IMG/VR virus record: IMGVR_UViG_3300011113_000805
Location: 62,001-126,000 of that record
Direction: 5' to 3' (one strand)
DNA length: 64,000 nt
Under the pieces are notes generated by a model, which was not told the DNA's origin, did not search any database, and worked only from the letters and a program-made list of their open reading frames with translations. The position numbers were made by a program, and so were the translations under genes. This document shows positions 28,056 through 37,183 of this stretch, in pieces; the first letter of the stretch is position 1, and the number at the start of each line of letters is the position of its first letter.

Positions 28056-28890
28056 CTTTTTCCTCCACTTCAGCAATAAGTTTAATCAATGTAAGGTAAC
28101 GGGAGAGGTCACCTTCTTGAATTTTTTCTTCTGGTAACTGTTCAATTTCACGCTTGACAGGATCAACCTTTTCAGTGATGACCTTGTCTCCTCTTTCACT
28201 TCGAAGAACCTGCATTGCCTTTACGGCCCGTTCCTTGATAGACTTGCATGACTCTACAAGCTGTCCTGTTTCACCTCGGGTAGCAGCCTTGACATATGTG
28301 TTTATCAATGAAATCTGTTCAGGATTCAGTGTGTTAGAATACTTTCTCTCAAGCTTCTCCTGCATTAGCTTCAATGAGAGCGAAGTGACCTCAGGTTTCT
28401 TGATAATAGGTGATGCCACTTCCTTGTGTGTCAAATACTCGACAACGCGGGACTCATGAAGGGCAGTCTCAGGTGTTGTGACACCTGTTGTTGATCTCCA
28501 TGTGTTTAGAAGTGTTTGTACGGTAGCAAGTTTCCTGTAGTTAGGAATTCTCATATCGAAAAAACCTGGAAAATCCAGCTTCTTATTGATGCTTTTGATT
28601 AGCAGGCTCTTCTCGTTATCAAGCCGCCTTGCATCATGTCCTATTGCCGCTGTTTTAGCCTCATCGAGGATTCTAATTGCAAGTGGCTCACTTCCTACAT
28701 GCGTCTGTACTAGTGCATTAAAGAGTCGAAACTCCTTATAAAGCTCTGTCCCAGGCTTGAAGTGATCATTCATGATTCCCATGGCGATCTCAGCCCTGTC
28801 CGATCTTCCCTCAAGAATACACTTAGAGGTATATCGGATAAGCTGCTCATAGATCAGACCGACATTCCTTTTCTTATTGTGACTACTCAT
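28045..28890 (-). CDS. Hypothetical protein between portal and protease
   Basis: Likely start MSSHNKKRN at 28890, overlapping the portal stop; helical. Confidence 0.75.
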   Translation of the reverse strand: MSSHNKKRNVGLIYEQLIRYTSKCILEGRSDRAEIAMGIMNDHFKPGTELYKEFRLFNALVQTHVGSEPLAIRILDEAKTAAIGHDARRLDNEKSLLIKSINKKLDFPGFFDMRIPNYRKLATVQTLLNTWRSTTGVTTPETALHESRVVEYLTHKEVASPIIKKPEVTSLSLKLMQEKLERKYSNTLNPEQISLINTYVKAATRGETGQLVESCKSIKERAVKAMQVLRSERGDKVITEKVDPVKREIEQLPEEKIQEGDLSRYLTLIKLIAEVEEKDVK

Positions 28891-30847
28891 CGTCGGACTC
28901 TCCATCAAGGTTTATATCGAGCTTCTCGCGAAGTATTGACTTTTCAGTCTTCACTGTATTTATGCTCTTGCTGAGAAGACTTAGGACAGATTTCATCTCA
29001 GGTGTATTTTTAGGTGTTGGTGACTCACCAAACATTGCTCTTGACAGAGAAAGATCATTTTCCCAGATCTCCCTGTTCATTCTTGACCTACCATATGGGT
29101 CATTAGAAGTCGATTGTTTATGACTGTCTGTTGTCATTACTAGAAAGTCAGGTACCTCTGCCTTCGCGTTTGAAGAACGTGATGGTTTCTTTCTCCTCTT
29201 GCCTCCAAAGACATTCTTTGACTCGGAAGAAGGCTTAATCGGGAAATCATCGACCTCACCAAGAATGGGGCCGGCCTTAAAGTCACCTGAGAAGAGATCT
29301 TCTTCACCGCCGGTATTGGATTCTCCTGCATCATCACCACCGGCCGGAGGTGTCGGCTCATCACCGGCGCCGCCGGCGCCTCCAAATAAGTCTTCACCGC
29401 CTCCTCCGCCTCCTCCAGCTCCGGCACCTCCGCCACCATCAGGTGATTCGGCGGTTGCAGCTGCCTCAACTTCAGCGTCCTCCTTCTTGTCTACCTTACG
29501 ACCTTCCTTTATGGACTCAATCTCTTCATCGGTAAGACCAAGAATGTTCTTTCGAATCCACTTTCTATCGACAGCACCCTCAGGTGCAGAACCTGCAATG
29601 TCGAACTTTGTCTTGATGAGCTCAAGTTTTTGCAACTGTGCCACAGAAGATGGATTGTTTAAGCTAAGGTGAAAGTTGAGAAGATCATCGTCAGTAAAAC
29701 CGTGCGAGTAAAGATGGATCATTGCCATCTTGTTAAGCTCTGAGATGATAACTTTCTGAATGCGGGTTATTGTTCTAGAGAACCTGATGTCCTCTTGTGC
29801 CAGAGTCGCCTTTGCCCCAATCTCCTCATCATATCCAAGATATGCTTTAGGAATCTTTAAGGCAGCAAAGAGCTTCTTTTGAATATACTGCACATCCTCT
29901 ACAGCTGCAGCATTCTGTCCACCGGCAAGTGTCTCAATTTTTGTTCCTGATTCACCACCACGAACAGGAATAAAATAGTCATCATCAACAGCAAGAGGAT
30001 TATACCTGAGATCGAGTCTCCCCGTATTCTGGTCAATGGCTTTGTTCCTCTTCAGGCTTGTCTGGGCTTGCTGCATGTAAGTTTCAATGTCCTCAGGCGG
30101 AACATTTCCAACATCGATATAGAAAATTCTACGCTCCGGTGCCCTAACGATACGATAGACAAGCATTGCATCTTCAATTAGGATAAGCTGACGCCAGATT
30201 CGCCTTGCTGACTCAAGAACAGAAGCACCGTATGGAAGGAATGCATCATTTCCAAGAAGTCGGAAATGAGTTACCTGCCAATTCTCAAGGACCGTGTTTC
30301 CTCTTGTGATCCAACGAAAGCGAACCGCCATTGGATCCTTAGGATCATATCCTTCTTCCCGCTCAATTTCTGCAATGGGAATAGGATAAGCATTTAGAAC
30401 GCCATACTTTGGATCCACATCATTAAAAAGAAAGAAATCACCATACTTGCAGAGATTTCGAACCCACATTGGTAAGTTAAAATTAACATTGAGAATATCA
30501 TCGAAGAGATTCGTCAATAGTTCCAAAATTGCTCTGTTCTCAGAATAGACATGCAAGACCCTTCCTGAGTCATCCTGTGATGCAGTTTCCTCAGCATAAA
30601 TGTCAAGTGCAGATGCAATTTCTGGTGTTGCCTCCATCTCCGAGAAGTCAGAGTACCTTGACATTCTGTCATATGCACCGTATGCCGAAACTGTGCTTGC
30701 ATAAACATCCGAGACATTTCTACGAAAAAGCTCATATGCAGAAGATGCAGTCGGTGTTGATTCGCCCTTTACTTTTCTCCTTACGACAGGACCACTCCTA
30801 AAGAGCTTCGTCAATCGTGAGAAAAGATTTCCCTGTGGTTTTGCCAA
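28883..30847 (-). CDS. Portal protein (T4 gp20-like)
   Basis: TTG start with SD AAGGAG. Motifs: EIASALDIYAEE, RNLCKYGDFF, EDAMLVYRIVRAPERRIFYIDVGN, DYFIPVRG, IETLAGG, LFAALKIP. Confidence 0.96.
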   Translation of the reverse strand: MAKPQGNLFSRLTKLFRSGPVVRRKVKGESTPTASSAYELFRRNVSDVYASTVSAYGAYDRMSRYSDFSEMEATPEIASALDIYAEETASQDDSGRVLHVYSENRAILELLTNLFDDILNVNFNLPMWVRNLCKYGDFFLFNDVDPKYGVLNAYPIPIAEIEREEGYDPKDPMAVRFRWITRGNTVLENWQVTHFRLLGNDAFLPYGASVLESARRIWRQLILIEDAMLVYRIVRAPERRIFYIDVGNVPPEDIETYMQQAQTSLKRNKAIDQNTGRLDLRYNPLAVDDDYFIPVRGGESGTKIETLAGGQNAAAVEDVQYIQKKLFAALKIPKAYLGYDEEIGAKATLAQEDIRFSRTITRIQKVIISELNKMAMIHLYSHGFTDDDLLNFHLSLNNPSSVAQLQKLELIKTKFDIAGSAPEGAVDRKWIRKNILGLTDEEIESIKEGRKVDKKEDAEVEAAATAESPDGGGGAGAGGGGGGGEDLFGGAGGAGDEPTPPAGGDDAGESNTGGEEDLFSGDFKAGPILGEVDDFPIKPSSESKNVFGGKRRKKPSRSSNAKAEVPDFLVMTTDSHKQSTSNDPYGRSRMNREIWENDLSLSRAMFGESPTPKNTPEMKSVLSLLSKSINTVKTEKSILREKLDINLDGESDDE

Positions 30848-30871
30848 GCTTATTCTCCTTACAAAGATAAA

Positions 30872-30879
30872 TATCTATT
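30872..30879 (-). promoter_or_regulatory. Late promoter-like motif AATAGATA
   Basis: 24 nt before the portal start. Confidence 0.55.
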
Positions 30880-30886
30880 TAGGGAG

Positions 30887-32470
30887 CTACTTGTAAAGCC
30901 AGGCAATATTTGCCGGTACCGGTGAAGAACCTATTGGACCTTCATCCATTGTTTGAGGATCATATGGACGAGGTGAAAAGGGATTTCCTACAATAAGAGG
31001 TGGAGGCCTCTGGGTTGTTGGTCGATTAATGCCAAAACCTGCTAGCATTGCCTTATAAACACCTGAATTATTCTTTTTGCTTTCACTAAGTGTTGGATCA
31101 TAGAGTGATGTTCCAATAGCCAGCGCAAGGACAAGGTCATCATTAAATCCCTTTTGTGCCCTAGGGCTATCACCAAACCAGACGAAAGTTTTAAGCTCAT
31201 CCAAGAGTCTCGATGAATAGACCTTAATTGCTCCGGTCCTCAAGTGCTCCTCAAGCCTTGTGAGAATAGCTGATCGACTTGGTCCTGATGTTGCAAATCC
31301 AAACTTAGAAGAAGGTATCTCTGTGGAGTACTGAAACCTCCTGTCATTCATGTAGATGTTAGGATAACCAATGTCTCTCAGCTTAATGATGGTTGCGATT
31401 CCGTATGTGTTGTTTTCAGGGCAAATCATGGCCTTGTTATATCGATAGCCGGCCTCACTAAGGAGGACACCGAATTGATCAGGCGGTAATTTTCCTCGAA
31501 ACTCACAGACTTGTTCAGAGTCATTAGTGTCTATAACATGGAATGTTGAGTAATCTTTTCCATCACCTCGTGAAACGTCACCAGATATGATGTATTTGTG
31601 ATCAGGTAATGGGTATTTCCAGACCCAAACACCCGACTCAGGTCCCCATCTTTCTATTGGTGAACGTGTTGCAACCCTAATTCTCTCAAAATCCTCAGCA
31701 TTGAGGAATGTATCACCTGAAGAGGCAAAGTCGCACATAAGCTCCTGTGCGACTTGCTTTCGAGTCATTTGCCTAGACTCTTTTTCGAACCAGGCCTGGT
31801 CCCTCTCTGGATGCACATCCCACATGAGTTTGATGGGATTAAAGTCAGAGATACCAGTCTCGGCATCAACCCAAAGTTTGTGGTACTGGTTTCCGACACC
31901 ATTTGGTGTGCTGAGAATGATGGCTCCACCACCGGTAGATAGGGTAGGATAGAGACCCTTCCAGAGCTCCTCAAAGTTTCGAATGAATGCAGCCTCATCA
32001 ATAATAAGAAGAGATAGTGCTTCAGATCGACCGGCATCCTCAGATGTTGGTACGGCCTTGATTATTGAGCCATTCGAAAATTCTATTGAAGTTCGAGTTT
32101 CAGATGTTACCTTTGGAATAAGCAGCCAAGGTGGCAAATTCGCTAGCATTGTTTTCACTTTGCGTACGAAGTTAGTTGCCGTTGCCATCTTGGTAGCAAT
32201 GATTAGAATGTTCTTTTCTTTGTAGAATATCGCACGCCAAAGTGCAAATGCAGCTGTGACCGTGGAAAGCCCTAGCTGCCTGCTCTTAAGAACAATATTA
32301 AAGCGATGTTTTACAAATTCTTTAACACAATCATTCTGGAATGGGTAAGTCTTAAAACTGATAAGGCCTCTATTAGGATGCGTAATTTTTGCCCATTTGT
32401 TGATAAAATGGACAGGATCTTTACCGCACTTTATAACCTCTTCCGTTTGACTATTTTTAGATACCGGCAT
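30887..32470 (-). CDS. terL: Terminase large subunit (T4 gp17-like)
   Basis: Walker A LKSRQLGLST, Walker B LLIIDEAAF, coupling motif STPNG, nuclease motifs SGDVSRGDGKDYS and NDDLV. Confidence 0.96.
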   Translation of the reverse strand: MPVSKNSQTEEVIKCGKDPVHFINKWAKITHPNRGLISFKTYPFQNDCVKEFVKHRFNIVLKSRQLGLSTVTAAFALWRAIFYKEKNILIIATKMATATNFVRKVKTMLANLPPWLLIPKVTSETRTSIEFSNGSIIKAVPTSEDAGRSEALSLLIIDEAAFIRNFEELWKGLYPTLSTGGGAIILSTPNGVGNQYHKLWVDAETGISDFNPIKLMWDVHPERDQAWFEKESRQMTRKQVAQELMCDFASSGDTFLNAEDFERIRVATRSPIERWGPESGVWVWKYPLPDHKYIISGDVSRGDGKDYSTFHVIDTNDSEQVCEFRGKLPPDQFGVLLSEAGYRYNKAMICPENNTYGIATIIKLRDIGYPNIYMNDRRFQYSTEIPSSKFGFATSGPSRSAILTRLEEHLRTGAIKVYSSRLLDELKTFVWFGDSPRAQKGFNDDLVLALAIGTSLYDPTLSESKKNNSGVYKAMLAGFGINRPTTQRPPPLIVGNPFSPRPYDPQTMDEGPIGSSPVPANIAWLYK

Positions 32471-32829
32471 CAGGACACCGAAAGTAGGATCCTGTAACGA
32501 TAGTACGCAATTCGACGAGGATTATGAGCGGTTGCTTGAATAATCTCTATCTGGTCATTCTCATTCGTTACTTTAGTACTAAGCTCATCGCCAGAAAGAG
32601 ACTTGTATTCTTTTGCAATAGTTTTTGTTGCATCCCGTAACATTGCCTTAGCTCTTTCAGCTTCACGGGTTGTTTGTTGCCTAAATGATGCTTCGCTAGC
32701 ATAGTGAACAACACAGGTATAGCAAAGTTCTAGTCCATTAGTGCCAATTATCTTGGATGTGATTGATGTTGTGCCATCCTTTGAACCCTTACAGGTTTCC
32801 AAGGCTTGGCCTAGCGCATTATAGTTCAT
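32470..32829 (-). CDS. Hypothetical protein (119 aa), positional candidate for terminase small subunit
   Basis: Directly upstream of and coupled to terL. No sequence motif supports the TerS call. Confidence 0.6.
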   Translation of the reverse strand: MNYNALGQALETCKGSKDGTTSITSKIIGTNGLELCYTCVVHYASEASFRQQTTREAERAKAMLRDATKTIAKEYKSLSGDELSTKVTNENDQIEIIQATAHNPRRIAYYRYRILLSVS

Positions 32830-32844
32830 ATTATCTCCTTCTCC

Positions 32845-33111
32845 TTATGTATCTCTTACACCGATAAACTGTCTGGCAGCTGTAACAGTTTTCACGATGT
32901 CAGGTGAAGGCCTCCATCCTTCTGTGAGCCAAGCCTCTCGATTTGGATCAAAAAACTGTTGCTCACATTGACGACAACAGCCTGCTAGCTCAAATGCATC
33001 GACATCATAAGAGCCTACAAGCACACCATCACAGATGGGACAGAATGTAGGAACTTTAGGTGATGTGCAATTAACTGTTTGGAAGTGAATCGGTGGCGCT
33101 AACGTGCGCAT
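32845..33111 (-). CDS. Small Cys-rich (zinc-binding) hypothetical protein (88 aa)
   Basis: CPIC...GCCRQC. The likely ATG at 33111 overlaps the end of the Mre11-Rad50 gene. Confidence 0.6.
   Translation of the reverse strand: MRTLAPPIHFQTVNCTSPKVPTFCPICDGVLVGSYDVDAFELAGCCRQCEQQFFDPNREAWLTEGWRPSPDIVKTVTAARQFIGVRDT
32846..32853 (-). promoter_or_regulatory. Late promoter-like motif GATACATA
   Basis: 16 nt before the ATG at 32829. Confidence 0.5.
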
Positions 33112-36100
33112 CGGGCCCCCTTGTTGTGACTTCAATAAATCCATCGACTGCATCCTTTACTGCGTCGACATGTGAAATTACCAACACGGTCTTGAAGAAT
33201 CTCTTAAGAGAGTGAAGGAGTTTATTACAAGACTCAACATTCTGTTCATCAAGAGCACCAAATCCTTCATCGATGATGAGGATATCAGACTTTGGCAAGC
33301 TTGAAATGTTGATCAAAGCCACCCTAATGGCAAGTGAAGATAGCATCTTTTCCATGCCAGACCCAAGCTCGATTGGACGTCGAGAATCACCGTAGTCAAG
33401 ATAGATATCAAGATCAGAGCCTGACTCATCAGTCTCCAAGGATACTGTGAAACCGGTAACCCCCTGCAGAATTTTAGAGATCTCCTCATTGATTCTGGGG
33501 AGTTCGTCACGAACTATCAGCATTGGAATTCCATCTTTACCATATGCCGAAAGTAGCTTGTCATAGAAGTCACGCTTTGCAGTCACTTCATTGAACCTCT
33601 CTTCTTCCTCCTGCAGATTTCTAATCTTTTCTTGATACACAGCCTTTTGACTGGTAGCCTCAGTAATTGCCGCTCTCAATAGTCGTAGCTCTTTCTCGGC
33701 CTCAGCCAATCGACGACGATTTCCGGAAATTGCCTGAGCTTCTGGTGTATCTGACATATTTTGCTTTGCATTTTCAAGCTGCTGTCGAAGCTCGATTTCT
33801 TGCCTTAGCAATTTTTCAATGTTACTTACCGAAAGCTTCATTCCAGCATCAAATGCTTGTTTCTCTGATACAAGTGACTTCTCTCTATTTAGTGCATCAT
33901 TGTACTTTTTTACCTTATCAATTGCATCGTCAATGTCATTTGCCCTAAGAGTTGATGTGATTTCCCTTAAAGACTCCTTCAATGAATCAAGCTTCCTGCG
34001 CTGATCATCAATAAGGCGCTTGTCCTTGATAGAGTCCTTGATAAACTTACAAGTAGGAAAGCTCTCTCCGCAAGGAACTTCACTTAGCTTTGCAACAGAC
34101 TTTTCCTGACCACTTAAAATAAGCTTCTCACGATCTACCTGATGCTTGGTATCAAGCTCTTGCTTTTCAAGACGTGTATGCTCAGCAATCTTTGCATTCA
34201 TTGCATCAATTGGAAATACAGCCTTGATTCTCTCGATGGCAGATAGCTTCTTAATTGTCTCTGCAATTTTCTCAGCATAAGAAGCTTGTGACTTTTTCTC
34301 CTGATCAATAGCGTTGCTCACTTGTGTAAGCTTTCTATTCATTTCTTGAATATCACTTTCTGTGTATCCAATCTTTTCAGGTGCACTTTGAAGCAATCGA
34401 TTAATTTGACCGATCTCACTCTCAAGTTGCTTCAACTTGATATCACTCTCCTGCAGAATGGCATCAGTGGAGCTCAATGTTGTTAGATACTCTTGTCGAA
34501 GATTACGAAAGTTTCTCTGAGGCATTGACTTGAGAATACCCTTAAGAGTAACTGTCTCTTCCTTTACCTTACTATGAATGGCATCTAGTACCTGCAGATC
34601 AAGAAACCGAGAGAGCAAATTCTTTCGAAAAGTCGCCTTTTCACGAATAAAGTTGTTCATTTCACCTTGAGCAGCAAAGGAAGTGATAAGAAAGTCCTCA
34701 GGACCTCCAACTAATCTCCTCAAGATCTTTTCTGAATCCTTTCGTTGTTCACCTGACATATCAGTGCTTGAATCACCTTGTTCGTCAAGTTTTAGCAAGT
34801 TGAGATGTGTCGTAGAGAAGACATATCCCTTCTTGTTAGTATGCCTGACTGTCTGCCTCTCAGCTCGATAGGGAACTCCATTGACGCTAAAATTAACCGA
34901 TGCAAGGCAATGACCTTTTCGTGTATTCACAATATGCTGTGCCTTGAGACTTCCTCTATCGGTCGTGTTGAAGAGGGAGTACATTAGTGTGCCTGGGATT
35001 GAAGACTTTCCAATCCTGTTCTTTCCAAAGAGTCCCACAACACCGGTAAGACTGCTAAAATCGATGACGTTATCCTTGCCATAGGAAAAGGTATTTTCCC
35101 ACTCCATTTTCTCTAGAGACCACTTCTGATTACGAACAACATCATCCTCAGCATCAATCTTGCCAAGAACATTCTCAATGACATCACCACACTTCTCTAC
35201 ATCTGGATCATCCTTCAGGAATGATCGAAGCAAAGATCGATGTGTCTCGGGTTCACGAAGGCTCTTTCGTGTTGTCTCTAGCTTCTCAGTAAATCGCTTA
35301 CTATCTGACTCGGTGTCCCATTTCCAAACAATTTCGTGGGCATCATACTTCTCTTTCAAGTATGATGATAGTTGTTTAATCTCTTCCTGTAGAAGGGTCT
35401 TGCTGGATGAGATCCTAAAACGCGATCCATTTTTAATGCCGCTAATTGAGTCGATGGTCTCATCTAAATCTCCCATCCAGGGAATTGTGACAAAAGGATG
35501 AGGTGATTGCAGAAGACGACGCTCAACTGTAAATTTTTCAGGACTGGAAATGCTCCAGAGAAGGTAACCCTTGTCTTGGGTCTCACCAAAGTTTTGCTGA
35601 ATGGTGGATCCCGGGTAAGCAAATCTCTTTTGTTGATCTAGAAACTGGAACTTGTGAATATCACCAAACATTCCAAAATGGCAGCCTGTGAAGAGAGATA
35701 AATCATCTTCACCATCGGTAGGAAAATCAGAGTCTGTGAGTGATCCTCGAATCGCACCGTGATACAATGCAATAACAATATCACCCTCACGGCCAACGCT
35801 TTCCCATCCTTCTTCATCAAAGCAGGAGAAATTTGCGAAATTGATTCCTGGCATATGGGTAGGATAGTTTCCTGACTTCTTCATCAGGATAATCCTGTCA
35901 TCCCTCATTGCATCGATGAGGGGACTAATAGCATCCTGCCTATCTGGATTGTGAATTAGCCCATCGTGATTTCCAAGACAGATGTAAGTTGGCGCAATCT
36001 TAGAGAATGACTTTAGCCACCAAGTGAGGCACTCAATAATTTCTGGTGAGATACCTTGTGTTTTGGTATGGACAATGTCACCAGCAATGACAATTGCATC

Positions 36101-36217
36101 AACCTTCTCCTTTCGAAGCTGCTTGAATGCATCCTGAAATACAGTTCGATATTCCTGGTGACGAGTTAGACCACGCCAGTGAATGTCGGCAAAGTGTGCA
36201 ATTTTATATGTCTTCAA
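33071..36217 (-). CDS. Fused Mre11/SbcD nuclease - Rad50/SbcC ATPase (T4 gp47-gp46-like)
   Basis: Phosphoesterase motifs ADIH, AGDIVH, GNHD, YHG, GDIH. Then Walker A GKNRIGKS, coiled coils with a central Cys pair, signature LGSGME, Walker B LIIDEGFGALD, and VISH. Confidence 0.92.
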   Translation of the reverse strand: MKTYKIAHFADIHWRGLTRHQEYRTVFQDAFKQLRKEKVDAIVIAGDIVHTKTQGISPEIIECLTWWLKSFSKIAPTYICLGNHDGLIHNPDRQDAISPLIDAMRDDRIILMKKSGNYPTHMPGINFANFSCFDEEGWESVGREGDIVIALYHGAIRGSLTDSDFPTDGEDDLSLFTGCHFGMFGDIHKFQFLDQQKRFAYPGSTIQQNFGETQDKGYLLWSISSPEKFTVERRLLQSPHPFVTIPWMGDLDETIDSISGIKNGSRFRISSSKTLLQEEIKQLSSYLKEKYDAHEIVWKWDTESDSKRFTEKLETTRKSLREPETHRSLLRSFLKDDPDVEKCGDVIENVLGKIDAEDDVVRNQKWSLEKMEWENTFSYGKDNVIDFSSLTGVVGLFGKNRIGKSSIPGTLMYSLFNTTDRGSLKAQHIVNTRKGHCLASVNFSVNGVPYRAERQTVRHTNKKGYVFSTTHLNLLKLDEQGDSSTDMSGEQRKDSEKILRRLVGGPEDFLITSFAAQGEMNNFIREKATFRKNLLSRFLDLQVLDAIHSKVKEETVTLKGILKSMPQRNFRNLRQEYLTTLSSTDAILQESDIKLKQLESEIGQINRLLQSAPEKIGYTESDIQEMNRKLTQVSNAIDQEKKSQASYAEKIAETIKKLSAIERIKAVFPIDAMNAKIAEHTRLEKQELDTKHQVDREKLILSGQEKSVAKLSEVPCGESFPTCKFIKDSIKDKRLIDDQRRKLDSLKESLREITSTLRANDIDDAIDKVKKYNDALNREKSLVSEKQAFDAGMKLSVSNIEKLLRQEIELRQQLENAKQNMSDTPEAQAISGNRRRLAEAEKELRLLRAAITEATSQKAVYQEKIRNLQEEEERFNEVTAKRDFYDKLLSAYGKDGIPMLIVRDELPRINEEISKILQGVTGFTVSLETDESGSDLDIYLDYGDSRRPIELGSGMEKMLSSLAIRVALINISSLPKSDILIIDEGFGALDEQNVESCNKLLHSLKRFFKTVLVISHVDAVKDAVDGFIEVTTRGPDAHVSATDSLPNS

Positions 36218-37170
36218 AGCATAGACCCCGAGCTAATGTTTCTGATGAGATGAAAAAGTCTGTCATTGGGCTTCCAGTTAGGAGCCAGTTCTATTGCGTT
36301 CTGTAACACCTCAGGTGACATTTCTCCAACATCTTTTTTGTCACCTGTTTCAAGCATTCTAACACTCACACCATGAGAGAATAGGAGTTTTGCAATATCG
36401 TGCGCCTTTTTTCGAACATCCTTATCTAGCGCCAAGAGAACAGGTGTCTCATTTTCAACAATTCTGTGAAAGAGAGCATGGCCTGATGTTAGCGTGGAAC
36501 CTAAGAGGCAAGTTGAATTTCCTCCTACAGATATCAGGTCAAATGGGCCTTCAACCAGGGTCAGTTCCTTAGACCAGTCAATGTCAAGTTCATTGAAAAT
36601 AACATCACGCCTTTCGACCTTTGGATTGAGGTACCTCACCTGTGCATCACTATCAATTGCACGACCTGTCCAGTAATTGAGAACACCTTCATGATCATAT
36701 GATGTGATTATGGCTCGGCGTCGACAGCTTCCTTTGGTTGCCGTGCCAATTCGATACCGCCAGATCTCCTGATCACCAATACCTCTGCTTGCGAGGTACT
36801 TTCTTGTAGAATTGAAATCCGGATCAATACTTGTACCTACTAGAGGAACAAATCCAACAGGTAGCTCGAGTTTCTTTTCCTCCTCGACATGCTCATCAAG
36901 AAATTTCTTCTGCTGAGCTGTGCCAAATCTCTGGATCCAACCCGGTCGATGTGACCTAGCGAACTTACCAAGAAGTGCAGCGATAGACCTACCTTTCGAT
37001 CCGCATACCCAGCAGTGCCACCTTTCATCATCAAGCCTCACAATGAGTTTCAGCTTTTCCTTGTGCTGACACTTTGGGCACTTGAAGCTAGCATTGACAC
37101 CATCCTTACCTAGAATACCAGGACCAATGGCGCTAGAAAGGTATTTTAATCTTTCAATAGTGTCAATCAT
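36214..37170 (-). CDS. DNA primase (Zn finger plus TOPRIM)
   Basis: CPKC...HCWVC, YLASRGI, LVEGPFD, LALDKD. Confidence 0.88.
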   Translation of the reverse strand: MIDTIERLKYLSSAIGPGILGKDGVNASFKCPKCQHKEKLKLIVRLDDERWHCWVCGSKGRSIAALLGKFARSHRPGWIQRFGTAQQKKFLDEHVEEEKKLELPVGFVPLVGTSIDPDFNSTRKYLASRGIGDQEIWRYRIGTATKGSCRRRAIITSYDHEGVLNYWTGRAIDSDAQVRYLNPKVERRDVIFNELDIDWSKELTLVEGPFDLISVGGNSTCLLGSTLTSGHALFHRIVENETPVLLALDKDVRKKAHDIAKLLFSHGVSVRMLETGDKKDVGEMSPEVLQNAIELAPNWKPNDRLFHLIRNISSGSML

Positions 37171-37183
37171 AAAGTACTATAAG

